A stretch of 41,579 bases of DNA from positions 1 to 41,579 of IMG/VR virus record IMGVR_UViG_3300020236_000031; one strand, given 5' to 3'. The translations under genes and the position numbers were made by a program. The notes under the pieces are model-generated. The model saw nothing but the letters and a program-made list of their open reading frames with translations, was not told the DNA's origin and searched no databases. The DNA is from a virus (lineage: Duplodnaviria > Caudoviricetes). This document shows positions 8,770-18,713 of this stretch, one piece after another (positions within the stretch are counted from its first letter, which is position 1; every line of letters begins with the position of its first letter).

Positions 8770-11700
8770 ATGTCTGATCGTCCCCCGCTAGAGGAACAGA
8801 TTGAAAAAGCAAAGCCCGTTGGTGCTCCAATCCCCGCTCTTCGCACTGCTGCGCAAAGAGAACTAGAACAAACTGGCCTCATTGATCTTCAAGAGGGATT
8901 CAGTGCTCCTGCCGATTGGGCTGCTACCAATCAGGAATACATGGAGTCGCTCAGGCAAGCCCAATTTGAGGGAGCAGAAAACTCACCCGAGATTGGACCT
9001 GATTACATTTCCGTAGAGTGGAAGAATAACTATCAGAATGAGACTCGCGGTCCCAGTGGAGAGACTCTTCCTAAGAACGCTCTTGGATGGTTGCCGACTG
9101 GAAAGCCAGACTTCGGAGGCGGTTTCAAGGGCGTACTGGAGAGTGCTTGGTACAACCTCTATGAAAAGCCGCGTGGAGAGATTAAGCCACGAGATATTGG
9201 AGCATATGGACCTACTGCTACTTCATTACGCGATGATCTCAATGAGCGTCTTTCTAGGGATGTTGCCGAAGAGGATGTAGGGAAGGAATTTCTTGGTGTT
9301 GCGGGAACAGTTCTTTCGCACGGCATTCAATACATCAAAGATATATGGGCAACTGCCGAAGACAACGAGACGATCTTTGGCAAGACTACGCAGTTTATTG
9401 GGGCCGGCTTCGATTTAGTCGCTGGTGCATTTGAAGAGTCGGCCAAAGTAGTCGAAACCAAGGTGATCGGTCCTCAAGCTTTGGCAGCGGATGAACTCCT
9501 GCGACGGGGCGCCGAGAGTGGAATTCTTACAGAAGAGGGAGTAGCTTGGAAGGAGAAGTTTCGTCCTCTTGGGGGATTTGGGATATTGGCTCCCATTGTG
9601 ATGGTATGGAAATTGCGGGCTCAAGGATTTCTTGAAGGCAGAGAATATATAAAACCGGGAGAGCTTGGAGAAATCGTGGATCGCAATCGCGATGCGGCGC
9701 GCATGGCTTACACCGCATGGTTTGATCCAGCCGCGGGGGAGGAATACATCCGCAGGCTACGAGGAGGCGAAGACCCTCGGCTTCTCGCCCTAGAACTCGA
9801 AAACCCCGGCGCAGAGATGGTTGGACGTATTATCTATGATCCCGCAAACATTTTTGATATTTTTCAGATTGGCTCAATAGTGCGGAATACTCTTCGCGCT
9901 AATCGCTTTCGCAAAGAACTGACAACCATTGCTTCTCCTGAATTAGAAAAAGCCCTCGATGCCTTTGCTGCTGTCGGGGAAACAGGCAAATCATCGGCCA
10001 GTCGTGCAGTGATTAATGCTTTGGGTGGAATGTATGATGCCACTCGTGAGGGGCGTGTTGAGGTAGCGGGGCGGCGTGGGTTCTTTCGTGCTACAGCTGG
10101 TGGAAAACGGGCCACCTATGGACAGCGCGCAAATAACTTCATGTCTACTATCATCGCAGTCTCTGGTAATGACCCCGATCTAGCGAATTCTGTGTGGCGA
10201 GGTCTTACGCTGGCGGCAGACACCGACGACGCTAGGCGAGTGGAGGGTTTGACTATCCTCAGTCAGGCGATTGCCGACAGCAAGGGCGCACTCACTCCTG
10301 GTATTCTATTTTCTCCATCCGCGAACGAAACGGCTATTTTGCTACGGAACCTGTTGCTGGACGATGCAGGGGAATTCAATCCCGGTGTGATTCTGAAAAT
10401 TCTGGAAGATGGTGGGGATAACCCCGAGAAACTTGCTGTTCTTCTGGATCGAAAGCTGAACGATGCGCTAGCAAAAGACTTCCCGACTATTCAGGATCAG
10501 GTGAAGCTGAATGAAGAGTATGGGAATTTGCTCAAGGCAGATGAAGCAGAGGCCGCACGCTTCTTAGAACGAAATCCTCTTGCCAATCAAGACCCCGGAG
10601 CATTCTATAAGAGTCTTGCTAAGGCCGATGATTTCCTTCAGCCTATCTATAGGCCAATGGGGGAATTTCAGGCACGTCTATTCATGGGTGTATTCCCTAA
10701 TAGTTGGCGATACAGGGCCAACAACCGCTGGGGAAACTTCATGCCAACGCTAATAGATGTTGGTCCTGAGCCTGCAATTAAAGGTCTGCTCAAGGGATTC
10801 CCTGGTTTCCAATCCGGTTGGAGTCCCCAAGCAAGCATGGATGAGATAGCCAGAAACTTGGGAGGCGTGCTTCCTGAGGGTGCTGTCCGCGGGCTGGGTC
10901 CTGCTAAATCATTCCGAGGCGGCGAACTTTTTGAGGCAAAAGAGGATTGGCTGAACAGAGTAACAACCGCTGGTTTGCGCGGTGCCGCAGAGGACGAGGC
11001 GGCCAATGCTGTTCATGTTGTCAATAAATCTGTTCAGCGCAGCATGAAGAGTTACATGAAGGCCGAGAGACGCATCTTGAACAAGGAACTTTCGATGCTA
11101 TCTGATGACCAGAGAAACCTGGTTGCGGCGGCCATGCGAGAGAATTATTTTGATGGTGATAAGGCTTTTGATGCACTACGTTCTCAGGACGGTTATGACG
11201 TTTCACGCAACCTTGCCTTCTTGAGCGATGACGAAATAGAAGAACTGCGCGAGTTGCGGATGTATGATGCCGCGCTTCTAGCCGTAAGAGAGAACGACGA
11301 TCTGGACGATGTGCTCAGGACCATAGATGAGATTATGGAGGAGCGGAGCCGAGTAGGGACGGTCGCTGGCGGAGAAGCACCTGCTTTTAATATGGAGGAT
11401 GTTGCCGGAGAAAGCATTTCGCGGGAGTCTCATATTCCCAAAGAATACGAGAATGTTCGGGCCACTGATGCCCATATGCGGCGGCGGAAAGAAGTCAACG
11501 AATTCGACCGTCTGTATGAAGAGGCTCTATTTGGGCCAGCGGGTCTTCAGCGCATGGCGACAGAAGAGATTATGCGCAGTTCTCTCATTGAGGGTGCTCG
11601 TATAGGAATGACGGATGAGCAGAAGATCAAGATGGCGATGGCCCAGCTTGATGGTGTTACGGGTCCACTTCAGCAGGAAATCCGCATTGCCTCTGATGCC

Positions 11701-14700
11701 ACTATGGATTCCTCCAGAGCATTCACGGTGGAAACTTGGACACTATCGGATGGATCAAAAGGACGTAAGGCTGGAGACAGCTGGCTAATTCGTAAGTGGA
11801 TGGAGCGCGATGCAATTGCCAAACAGTTTGGGCTTCCCGGTCTTGGCCCTCCGCCAAGTGGACTGAAGGCACAGCAACTTCGTGATGCACTTTGGCAACA
11901 TGAGACAAGTTCCTATTACAAGATACAGGATGCGCGTTGGACACAACTTAGAGATCAGAACTTAGATCGCTATCGAGAGGTGGCGAGGAGACTTGCAGGC
12001 GCGGCTGGAATAGAAGACTTCCATACCCCAGCAGTCAATGCGGCTGAAGCACAGCTCATTCGCTCCCGAATGATGGACCGCGCTGAATTAGCCGCTGATG
12101 GCACGATGGTTATCAAGAATGTGTCCGGAGTTCCCGAAGACTCTATTCAAATTTATCGCGTTACTGAACGAGGTCAGCCACCCGGCAACTGGGCGACGAC
12201 AAGCATAGAGCAGAGCCGGGGTAGAGCGGGCACGGGTCGCGCTGGAGGTCCCACGGGGGACATGGAAACTGCATGGGTAACTCCTGAAGAATGGGATCGA
12301 GCTAAGGAAGCAGCAGTAGCCGAGAACGCTCGTAGAGGAACTACTGGTGAGGACCCTCGGGAAGGCTTCTTGTCTCAGATAGACACCACATGGAATCCCG
12401 AGGGTACACCAAGACCACAAGCAACAGAAGATATGCCCGTCGTCGGCTCTATGGATGACGCCGCTCCTACCCCATATCGTGTGTTCCATGAAACGCAACC
12501 TGCGGCTGTAGATGCTGCCGAACGGCTAAAGCAAGGACTTCGTGATAACTGGGGACAGACAGGACGCATGGGCGCGCTGGACCCGGACACGGAACAGGAA
12601 ATCTCGAAGTATTTATTCGGTCAAAGAGGACGAAAGACAGAAGCACGCGCCCAGGCTATCGGTATCGCCAACGAGACGCGAGACTTCATTCTGCATAACT
12701 ACCCCAAGCGGTTTGGCGCAGACTTAGTTGCTGGTTATATCTGGCCCTATCAATTCTGGTACTCTCGCACCTATGCAAAATGGATGCTGCGCATGATACA
12801 GCACCCCGGTATGGTTGCTGCTTATTCTCACTATCGCAACGCACTGGAAAAGAAGCATGCTGGACTTCCTGCCTGGTGGAGGCGCAATATCAACGTGACG
12901 GATCTTCTGGGTATCGAAACCGATAGTCCGCTTTGGTTCAACCTGGAACGCAGTCTCAATCCCATTCAAGGCTTGACGGGCGTGGACTTCACAGATCCGA
13001 AGCGGAGACTGGATAACTGGTCGGCCACAGTAGAGGACATCAATAAGTTTGGCCCCAGTGTTTGGATGCCATACAATGTGGCGCTTGCACTCAAATACTC
13101 CATTGATGGAGAAGAAGAAGCGGCCTCCAGATGGGCGGGTAGGCTGTGGAGTCCAACAGGCACCATCCGAGACTTGACTGCATTGATAGATCCCAAAGGA
13201 TTGGGGATAGAAATAGATCCTTTCACTCAGCTATTTGGAGGGGGAATAGGACCGTGGGAGCGAGGCCGTATCGGCAGGCAGTTTGGTGCCGCGCAGACAG
13301 AGGGCCAGTACTCACAGGCGGAACTCATTGATGCCGCTCGTACTCAGGAAGGTCCTATTTGGGATGAGATGCGCGCAAGAGCAATCAATCAGCGCGCACC
13401 TAATCTTCCACTCATTTTGGCTCCGTTCTTCTTGGGAAGTGGTTTCAAAATGCGCACCGAGTCTGACGCACAAATAGACCAGTTCTATTCCGAGATGATC
13501 GGGTTGATGCGCACGAAGGAAGACCTTGAGCCTGAAGAGTATCGGCAGGCATGGAACGAGCTGGAGCGACGCTATCCTTTCATGGACGTGCTTCTGTTGT
13601 CAAAGAAATCAGGACTGGATCGAGATGAGGCACTGGCATGGAGCGTGCTGGACAGAATTCCCCCTGCCATGACAGATGACATTGCTGACTTGGTGGGCAT
13701 AAACAAAGAGGTCCTTGATCTCTTCCATGAGAGCAATGGAAACCTTGAGGAGATGGCGGAGGCTGATCGTCTTCAGTTTCTCGGTGCTATTCTGGAGATG
13801 GCTGCCATTCTTGATGTGCCCGATAATGCAACAAAGGCAGAGTGGGAAACTGCTAAGGCTCTGCGTTACGAAATGATAAGGCAAGGCGAGGAACTCTTTG
13901 GTGAGGATATCTGGGAGCGAGTAGATGCTTGGTGGGCAGTCTTCGATCCTGAGAATCGAGGCGCGGCAGATGCCATGATGGCTCGCGATCCCAGCATCCA
14001 GCAGGCGCAAGATTGGCAACAACGCATGATTATGTCTACGCCGTTGTTGGGGGCTTATTACACCAGCGAAGAGCGCATTCGGAAGTTCTATAAGCGTCAG
14101 ATGTATGATGCCGCAGGGGATATTTTTGGCGAAGACTTGTGGGATCACTTCACAGTCTATAACGAGCTAAAGGACATGGGTGAGGCTAAGGCGGCTCGTC
14201 AGTATTGGAAAGATCATCCACAGATGGAAGGCTATGTAAATATGCGGGATCAGACCTTGCTTGACATAGAAGCCAAGGTAAATCGTATCGGCAGTCTCTT
14301 GCCCGAGGCCGCTGGTCCTATCTTTAGGGATAAAGAAATGGGAGACATTCCCGATGGTCCGCCAGAACCCACAAGTCAAGATTGGATTAATGCACAGGTG
14401 CTTACATATGCCACGGGACAGCAACAGGACGATGCACCCGAGGACGTAAGGGACTTTGTTCGGGAGCAGGCTGACAATCTGTGGCCTGGAACTCGCGCCG
14501 ATGCTGATCTCTATTATCAACGGCTGGACAAGAAACTCTCCGTTGCTCAGAAAATGCTGATGCATAACTCTGCACTTGCAGCTCGTGTTGCTTGGGAGTC
14601 GGAAGCGCTGAGACAGTTAACGTTAGTTCAAGAGGGACGCTTTGCAGAGACCGGCGCGCAGGCACAAGCACAGACGGTCTCTCCGACCTGGATGGAGTGG

Positions 14701-15726
14701 CAACCTATTCTCTCCCTCCCAATGTGGCGTCTCGCCAGAGACAATCTGCGCTACGGAGACTCGCTGACCTCCGACGAAGAAGAGGAACTGGTAGACGTTG
14801 CTACGGGTCTGGGCATCAGCTTCGACGAGTTGATGACGCGGCTGCAAGGAGCCTACGAGGAGGCGGAAGGATCACCTGTGGAAGACAAGATGGCGGTGCC
14901 TCCGACATTTGTTCCACTAATAGCCGAAGCTAAAGCTCAATTACGTGCTCAGGGATTTTATACACGCGATCTATTGGGAAGAATTGTTGATGCTGGAATA
15001 GCTGCTGGTCTGCAAGAAGATGACTCAGTAAACTTGCTAGAGCGAGTTGTTGGAAAGCCAACAGCACAAGGCTTGCAGTCCGCGGAATTTGGTGTTCCAG
15101 TACCGCCGGAAGGATTTGGAGGTCCTCTAGCTGGCTTTGCTTCAATTACTCTGACTCCCGAACAAAAGCGGGCGGGATTTGGAGGAGGTATTCCAGTCAG
15201 TGAGCGCTCTATACTTAGCACGCAATTCTATGGAACTAATTATACGGATGAATTCAGAAACTTGCTTGCGAAGGTACCTGCTTTAGTAGATCCATCAATA
15301 CAAGGTGGAGGAGCAGCCGGAGTTGCAGAAGAAATTCAAACTCTGTATCTCGGGCGTGTACCCGGAGACACAAATTTTAGTGGGTTACTTAAGCACGAGC
15401 TTGCGCATGTGGCCTCGGTGGAGTTCTTGATGGATGGAGACGTGGAGAAATGGGAAGGCACTTGGAATAGATTTCAAAGTGCTCTTCGCAAGACCGCGAG
15501 CAATGATATTCCTAGGAAGCTTAAGGGTCTTTCGGAACCGCCACCGGCTTGGGAATCAGAAGAAGACTCATTGTGGTGGCTTCAATACTGGGGTGTAGAA
15601 CAGGGGCATATTGAAGAAATTCCAGCAGAGCTCTTTGCCGAGATTGTCCGTCTAAGCGATGGAGATTATCGGACGATTCCGCAAAGGTTGCGTCCTTGGT
15701 TTGATGATATTGTTGAGACACCGTAA
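8770..15726 (+). CDS. Large polyvalent / internal virion (ejection-type) protein with a C-terminal zincin-like metallopeptidase motif
   Basis: 2318 aa, mostly helical. LKHELAHV followed by ELFAE near the C-terminus, and an internal IYR...GNWATTS segment. Confidence 0.7.
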   Translation: MSDRPPLEEQIEKAKPVGAPIPALRTAAQRELEQTGLIDLQEGFSAPADWAATNQEYMESLRQAQFEGAENSPEIGPDYISVEWKNNYQNETRGPSGETLPKNALGWLPTGKPDFGGGFKGVLESAWYNLYEKPRGEIKPRDIGAYGPTATSLRDDLNERLSRDVAEEDVGKEFLGVAGTVLSHGIQYIKDIWATAEDNETIFGKTTQFIGAGFDLVAGAFEESAKVVETKVIGPQALAADELLRRGAESGILTEEGVAWKEKFRPLGGFGILAPIVMVWKLRAQGFLEGREYIKPGELGEIVDRNRDAARMAYTAWFDPAAGEEYIRRLRGGEDPRLLALELENPGAEMVGRIIYDPANIFDIFQIGSIVRNTLRANRFRKELTTIASPELEKALDAFAAVGETGKSSASRAVINALGGMYDATREGRVEVAGRRGFFRATAGGKRATYGQRANNFMSTIIAVSGNDPDLANSVWRGLTLAADTDDARRVEGLTILSQAIADSKGALTPGILFSPSANETAILLRNLLLDDAGEFNPGVILKILEDGGDNPEKLAVLLDRKLNDALAKDFPTIQDQVKLNEEYGNLLKADEAEAARFLERNPLANQDPGAFYKSLAKADDFLQPIYRPMGEFQARLFMGVFPNSWRYRANNRWGNFMPTLIDVGPEPAIKGLLKGFPGFQSGWSPQASMDEIARNLGGVLPEGAVRGLGPAKSFRGGELFEAKEDWLNRVTTAGLRGAAEDEAANAVHVVNKSVQRSMKSYMKAERRILNKELSMLSDDQRNLVAAAMRENYFDGDKAFDALRSQDGYDVSRNLAFLSDDEIEELRELRMYDAALLAVRENDDLDDVLRTIDEIMEERSRVGTVAGGEAPAFNMEDVAGESISRESHIPKEYENVRATDAHMRRRKEVNEFDRLYEEALFGPAGLQRMATEEIMRSSLIEGARIGMTDEQKIKMAMAQLDGVTGPLQQEIRIASDATMDSSRAFTVETWTLSDGSKGRKAGDSWLIRKWMERDAIAKQFGLPGLGPPPSGLKAQQLRDALWQHETSSYYKIQDARWTQLRDQNLDRYREVARRLAGAAGIEDFHTPAVNAAEAQLIRSRMMDRAELAADGTMVIKNVSGVPEDSIQIYRVTERGQPPGNWATTSIEQSRGRAGTGRAGGPTGDMETAWVTPEEWDRAKEAAVAENARRGTTGEDPREGFLSQIDTTWNPEGTPRPQATEDMPVVGSMDDAAPTPYRVFHETQPAAVDAAERLKQGLRDNWGQTGRMGALDPDTEQEISKYLFGQRGRKTEARAQAIGIANETRDFILHNYPKRFGADLVAGYIWPYQFWYSRTYAKWMLRMIQHPGMVAAYSHYRNALEKKHAGLPAWWRRNINVTDLLGIETDSPLWFNLERSLNPIQGLTGVDFTDPKRRLDNWSATVEDINKFGPSVWMPYNVALALKYSIDGEEEAASRWAGRLWSPTGTIRDLTALIDPKGLGIEIDPFTQLFGGGIGPWERGRIGRQFGAAQTEGQYSQAELIDAARTQEGPIWDEMRARAINQRAPNLPLILAPFFLGSGFKMRTESDAQIDQFYSEMIGLMRTKEDLEPEEYRQAWNELERRYPFMDVLLLSKKSGLDRDEALAWSVLDRIPPAMTDDIADLVGINKEVLDLFHESNGNLEEMAEADRLQFLGAILEMAAILDVPDNATKAEWETAKALRYEMIRQGEELFGEDIWERVDAWWAVFDPENRGAADAMMARDPSIQQAQDWQQRMIMSTPLLGAYYTSEERIRKFYKRQMYDAAGDIFGEDLWDHFTVYNELKDMGEAKAARQYWKDHPQMEGYVNMRDQTLLDIEAKVNRIGSLLPEAAGPIFRDKEMGDIPDGPPEPTSQDWINAQVLTYATGQQQDDAPEDVRDFVREQADNLWPGTRADADLYYQRLDKKLSVAQKMLMHNSALAARVAWESEALRQLTLVQEGRFAETGAQAQAQTVSPTWMEWQPILSLPMWRLARDNLRYGDSLTSDEEEELVDVATGLGISFDELMTRLQGAYEEAEGSPVEDKMAVPPTFVPLIAEAKAQLRAQGFYTRDLLGRIVDAGIAAGLQEDDSVNLLERVVGKPTAQGLQSAEFGVPVPPEGFGGPLAGFASITLTPEQKRAGFGGGIPVSERSILSTQFYGTNYTDEFRNLLAKVPALVDPSIQGGGAAGVAEEIQTLYLGRVPGDTNFSGLLKHELAHVASVEFLMDGDVEKWEGTWNRFQSALRKTASNDIPRKLKGLSEPPPAWESEEDSLWWLQYWGVEQGHIEEIPAELFAEIVRLSDGDYRTIPQRLRPWFDDIVETP

Positions 15727-15987
15727 ATGCACTCTCCGACTCGATCTCGGTTCCTTGAGAAGAAGGCTCAGAAACGCAAGGAGCGCAAGCGCGAGGAGGG
15801 GATGGTCGTGTGCCGCGGAACGATCAGAGAGCGCGGCAGGAAAGAACCATGCGAATATGCGCTGTACCCTAGAGATGATAGGATTGGCGCTGTCATCACC
15901 TGCCATCGCTGTCATACCGGGATGGTTATGACATCACGTGGCTGGAAGACATTTGCCGAGGACGCTAAGCTGAAAGGAATAACTTGA
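15727..15987 (+). CDS. Hypothetical Cys-containing protein (possible Zn ribbon)
   Basis: C...C...CHRC. Starts immediately after the previous stop. Confidence 0.6.
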   Translation: MHSPTRSRFLEKKAQKRKERKREEGMVVCRGTIRERGRKEPCEYALYPRDDRIGAVITCHRCHTGMVMTSRGWKTFAEDAKLKGIT

Positions 15988-16547
15988 TGGCGCAGAAGAC
16001 GACATTTTCCGTCGCAAGAGAAACCGAAGCAGATCGGATCGCTGCTCGAGAGCGCGCCAAGGAAGATGCGCGTATCGCACGAACCGAAGAGATGGAGACT
16101 TTGCAGGCTATCGCAGACGAAGAGATCAAGCGGACTGCCGCAGAGATCGTGCGCGAACGGATGGAGAAACGCAACGGCGCGTCTATCGACACGGCGGCCC
16201 TGGCGGAGCAGGCTGAGGAGAGACTTGCGCAACGAGAGGCGGACGAGGCGCGCTTGGAAGCACTGGTGAAGGAGCACGACAAGGGGATCAAGACCTTCTA
16301 CGTAGGAATGCGTATGGCGTTTGGCTCTGCCATGAAGGACCAGGATCGTTCTCTCGAAGCGGGCAGGATTGCTGGCCGGCTGGGACGGGGCAATCCTATT
16401 CGTACTACCGTGATGCAGCTTGGCGACGGAATGGGCGTCGTGCAGGACAACGTGCGTTTTGTGGACGAGGTCTGCGCGAAGTTTGCTGAACTCTACCGCA
16501 AGAATTCTGGGCAGATTGACCGCGATTACATGGAGCGCGGGCTGTAA
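15987..16547 (+). CDS. Hypothetical coiled-coil protein
   Basis: A/E/R-rich helical ORF with an AAGGA RBS. Confidence 0.7.
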   Translation: MAQKTTFSVARETEADRIAARERAKEDARIARTEEMETLQAIADEEIKRTAAEIVRERMEKRNGASIDTAALAEQAEERLAQREADEARLEALVKEHDKGIKTFYVGMRMAFGSAMKDQDRSLEAGRIAGRLGRGNPIRTTVMQLGDGMGVVQDNVRFVDEVCAKFAELYRKNSGQIDRDYMERGL

Positions 16548-16559
16548 GGTATAATCAGC

Positions 16560-16631
16560 ACGCCTAACCTCCAAGAAATCCATAAGTGTAGAGCGAGCCA
16601 TTCCCCCCTAGAAACCCACCCCCCCAGAGCG
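16560..16631 (+). ncRNA. TIGR-like dual-repeat guide array 1 (2 x 36-nt units)
   Basis: Unit 1: ACGCC-TAACCTCCA-AGAAATCCA-TAAGTGTAG-AGCG. Unit 2: AGCCA-TTCCCCCCT-AGAAACCCA-CCCCCCCAG-AGCG. TATAAT lies at 16550-16555. Confidence 0.8.
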
Positions 16632-16676
16632 AATAGCTACGGTCAGCCATAACACGGTTGACCGTAGCTGTTTTTA
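16632..16676 (+). terminator. Intrinsic terminator after array 1
   Basis: AGCTACGGTCAGCC / GGTTGACCGTAGCT stem (16635-16669) followed by GTTTTT. Confidence 0.8.
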
Positions 16677-16716
16677 TGATAAGATGATTTTCGAACCTTA
16701 GAAATCTAGGTGAATA

Positions 16717-17532
16717 ATGGCTGAAGCGCCAGATGAGGTACTGCCTGTGGAAGAGGTCGCACCGGCAAGTGAGGCCCCACGGGAAGTACCGCAAACGGGG
16801 AACTTCGTTTCGAGCGAGGATTTTCAAGCGGGACTCAAGGCACTAGAAGAACAAATTGTGGACCGCATGAAAGAATCACAAAAAGCTGTTATTCAGCACA
16901 GTGTTTCCAGCGAGATTGGAGACAAACTCTCCACGTTTGATGAGGTGGCTGCGTTACTAAAGCCACACCTGCCTGATGATTTAGATGTGCAGAACATCAA
17001 ACGACAAGCGTTTGTAGACTCTCTCATGTCTGAGCCCTCTTCGCCGAAGGCTGAGCTGGAGGAGCCGAGCCCACCACAGCCGGAACCTCCCACGCCCGCC
17101 AGCGTGCCCCCAGCTTTTGAGGCGGAGATCCAGTCCATTCTGGAAACGACTGGCGTAAGCGGCCAAGAGCCCGAGCTGAAGGAATATCTCGAAAAGACCC
17201 GCGGAAAGCGGTGGTTCGAGGTAGGCCAAGGTTTCAACGACTTGGCAGTATCCATTGCAGCTCGCACGGCTGGAACACCTGCCGGGGTCGTTGCGCCGCA
17301 AGGGCAGATCGCGGAAACGGATCTGGTCAAGAACTACCGCACGGAACTGGATGCTCTCATTCATCCAAAAGATGCAGAGGGCAAACTTATACAGGGGCAA
17401 AGGCGCAATATCGAAAGCTTACGCCGGCTACAAGATAAGTATAGAGAGCTTGGCGTGAAGGACGAGGATCTGGACATCAGCCCGAAGGGCAAAGCACCAC
17501 TGTCTATTTCCGATTGGGCACCCCCCGCATAA
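16717..17532 (+). CDS. Capsid scaffolding protein (putative)
   Basis: Acidic, Pro/Glu-rich 271-aa ORF directly upstream of the major capsid gene. Confidence 0.7.
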   Translation: MAEAPDEVLPVEEVAPASEAPREVPQTGNFVSSEDFQAGLKALEEQIVDRMKESQKAVIQHSVSSEIGDKLSTFDEVAALLKPHLPDDLDVQNIKRQAFVDSLMSEPSSPKAELEEPSPPQPEPPTPASVPPAFEAEIQSILETTGVSGQEPELKEYLEKTRGKRWFEVGQGFNDLAVSIAARTAGTPAGVVAPQGQIAETDLVKNYRTELDALIHPKDAEGKLIQGQRRNIESLRRLQDKYRELGVKDEDLDISPKGKAPLSISDWAPPA

Positions 17533-17564
17533 CCCAGTTCCCCTAACAACTTAAGGACAACATC

Positions 17565-18704
17565 ATGCCTACCGGGCAACAGCCGACTTACTCGGCAACC
17601 GTTCCACAGAAACGTGTGGTTACGGACAGAATCATTTTCACCGACAACATGGAGATCGCGGCGATCAGTGCTCTCGGGCTCAATAACGAGAGTACGTTCA
17701 ACTTCGCCAACGGTCCTGGCGGACCCAATCAGCCCTACGAGTGGCTGCAAGACACGCGTGCAGATCGTGTCGACGCCATCAACACCACGAACATGACCTC
17801 AGACTCCACGCTTACTACGATGATCGTAGACAACGGGGCGCTGTTCCAGATTGGCGACATCGTGCTGGTCGATTCCGAATATATGTTCGTGACTGCGATC
17901 AGCTCCAACAGCCTGACCGTTTCGCGTGACTACGGAGGCACACAGGCGACCCACGGCAACAACGCCGTTGTAACCATTGTGTCTCGGGCTCGGATCGAGG
18001 GTACGGATACCTCCAACTCGGCATACACCGAGCCGACTTCTGCAACCAATGCGACTCAGATTTTCCACAAAGAGATCGACATTTCTCGAAGTGCGGCCAA
18101 CCTGGCACGCTACGGGATTGGAAATCTCGTGCAGTGGGAGATTGATAAGGCTATGCAGGAACTACCGAAGCTCCTGAACCTGACCCTGTATCACGGTCAG
18201 CGAGCGGCAGGCAGCGCGACAGTAGCCTCGTCAATGGGTGGATTAGGGACGTACATCACCACCAACATCAATGCTCTGTCTGGTACTCCGGCACTCACGG
18301 AGGCCAATATCCAGGACGAGCTACAGGATTGTTGGGATGCAGGTGGCGCGCCCGATCTGATCCTCTGCAACTCCTGGGGCAAGCGCAAGATCGGCTCGTT
18401 CTACTCCGGCTCTATCCGCACCGAACGCTCCGAGCGAACAGGCGGAATGACTATCGACTACATCGAGGGTTCTGTAGACGGTAGGGAGATCGCAGTCGTG
18501 CTTGATCGAGATTGCCCGACCGACAGCCTGTACATTCTGGACAAACGCTTTGTGGGGCCTGTGACCATCGACCCGTTCACGTGGGACTCGCTGGGCAAGA
18601 AGGGCGACACTGCGGCCTTTGGACAGGTGGTTGGCGAGTACTCGCTTGTGGTTGCCAACGAGACCTGGCAGTCTGCCGTCACCGGCTTCAGCACTAGCGC
18701 ATAA
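17565..18704 (+). CDS. Major capsid protein (DUF5309/SU10-like, HK97 fold) with an inserted beta domain
   Basis: YEWLQD, NATQIFHKEIDISRS, MGGLGTYITTN, LTEANIQDELQDCWDAGGAPD, GQVVGEYSLVVANE. AAGGA RBS. Confidence 0.85.
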   Translation: MPTGQQPTYSATVPQKRVVTDRIIFTDNMEIAAISALGLNNESTFNFANGPGGPNQPYEWLQDTRADRVDAINTTNMTSDSTLTTMIVDNGALFQIGDIVLVDSEYMFVTAISSNSLTVSRDYGGTQATHGNNAVVTIVSRARIEGTDTSNSAYTEPTSATNATQIFHKEIDISRSAANLARYGIGNLVQWEIDKAMQELPKLLNLTLYHGQRAAGSATVASSMGGLGTYITTNINALSGTPALTEANIQDELQDCWDAGGAPDLILCNSWGKRKIGSFYSGSIRTERSERTGGMTIDYIEGSVDGREIAVVLDRDCPTDSLYILDKRFVGPVTIDPFTWDSLGKKGDTAAFGQVVGEYSLVVANETWQSAVTGFSTSA

Positions 18705-18713
18705 GGAGGAAAC

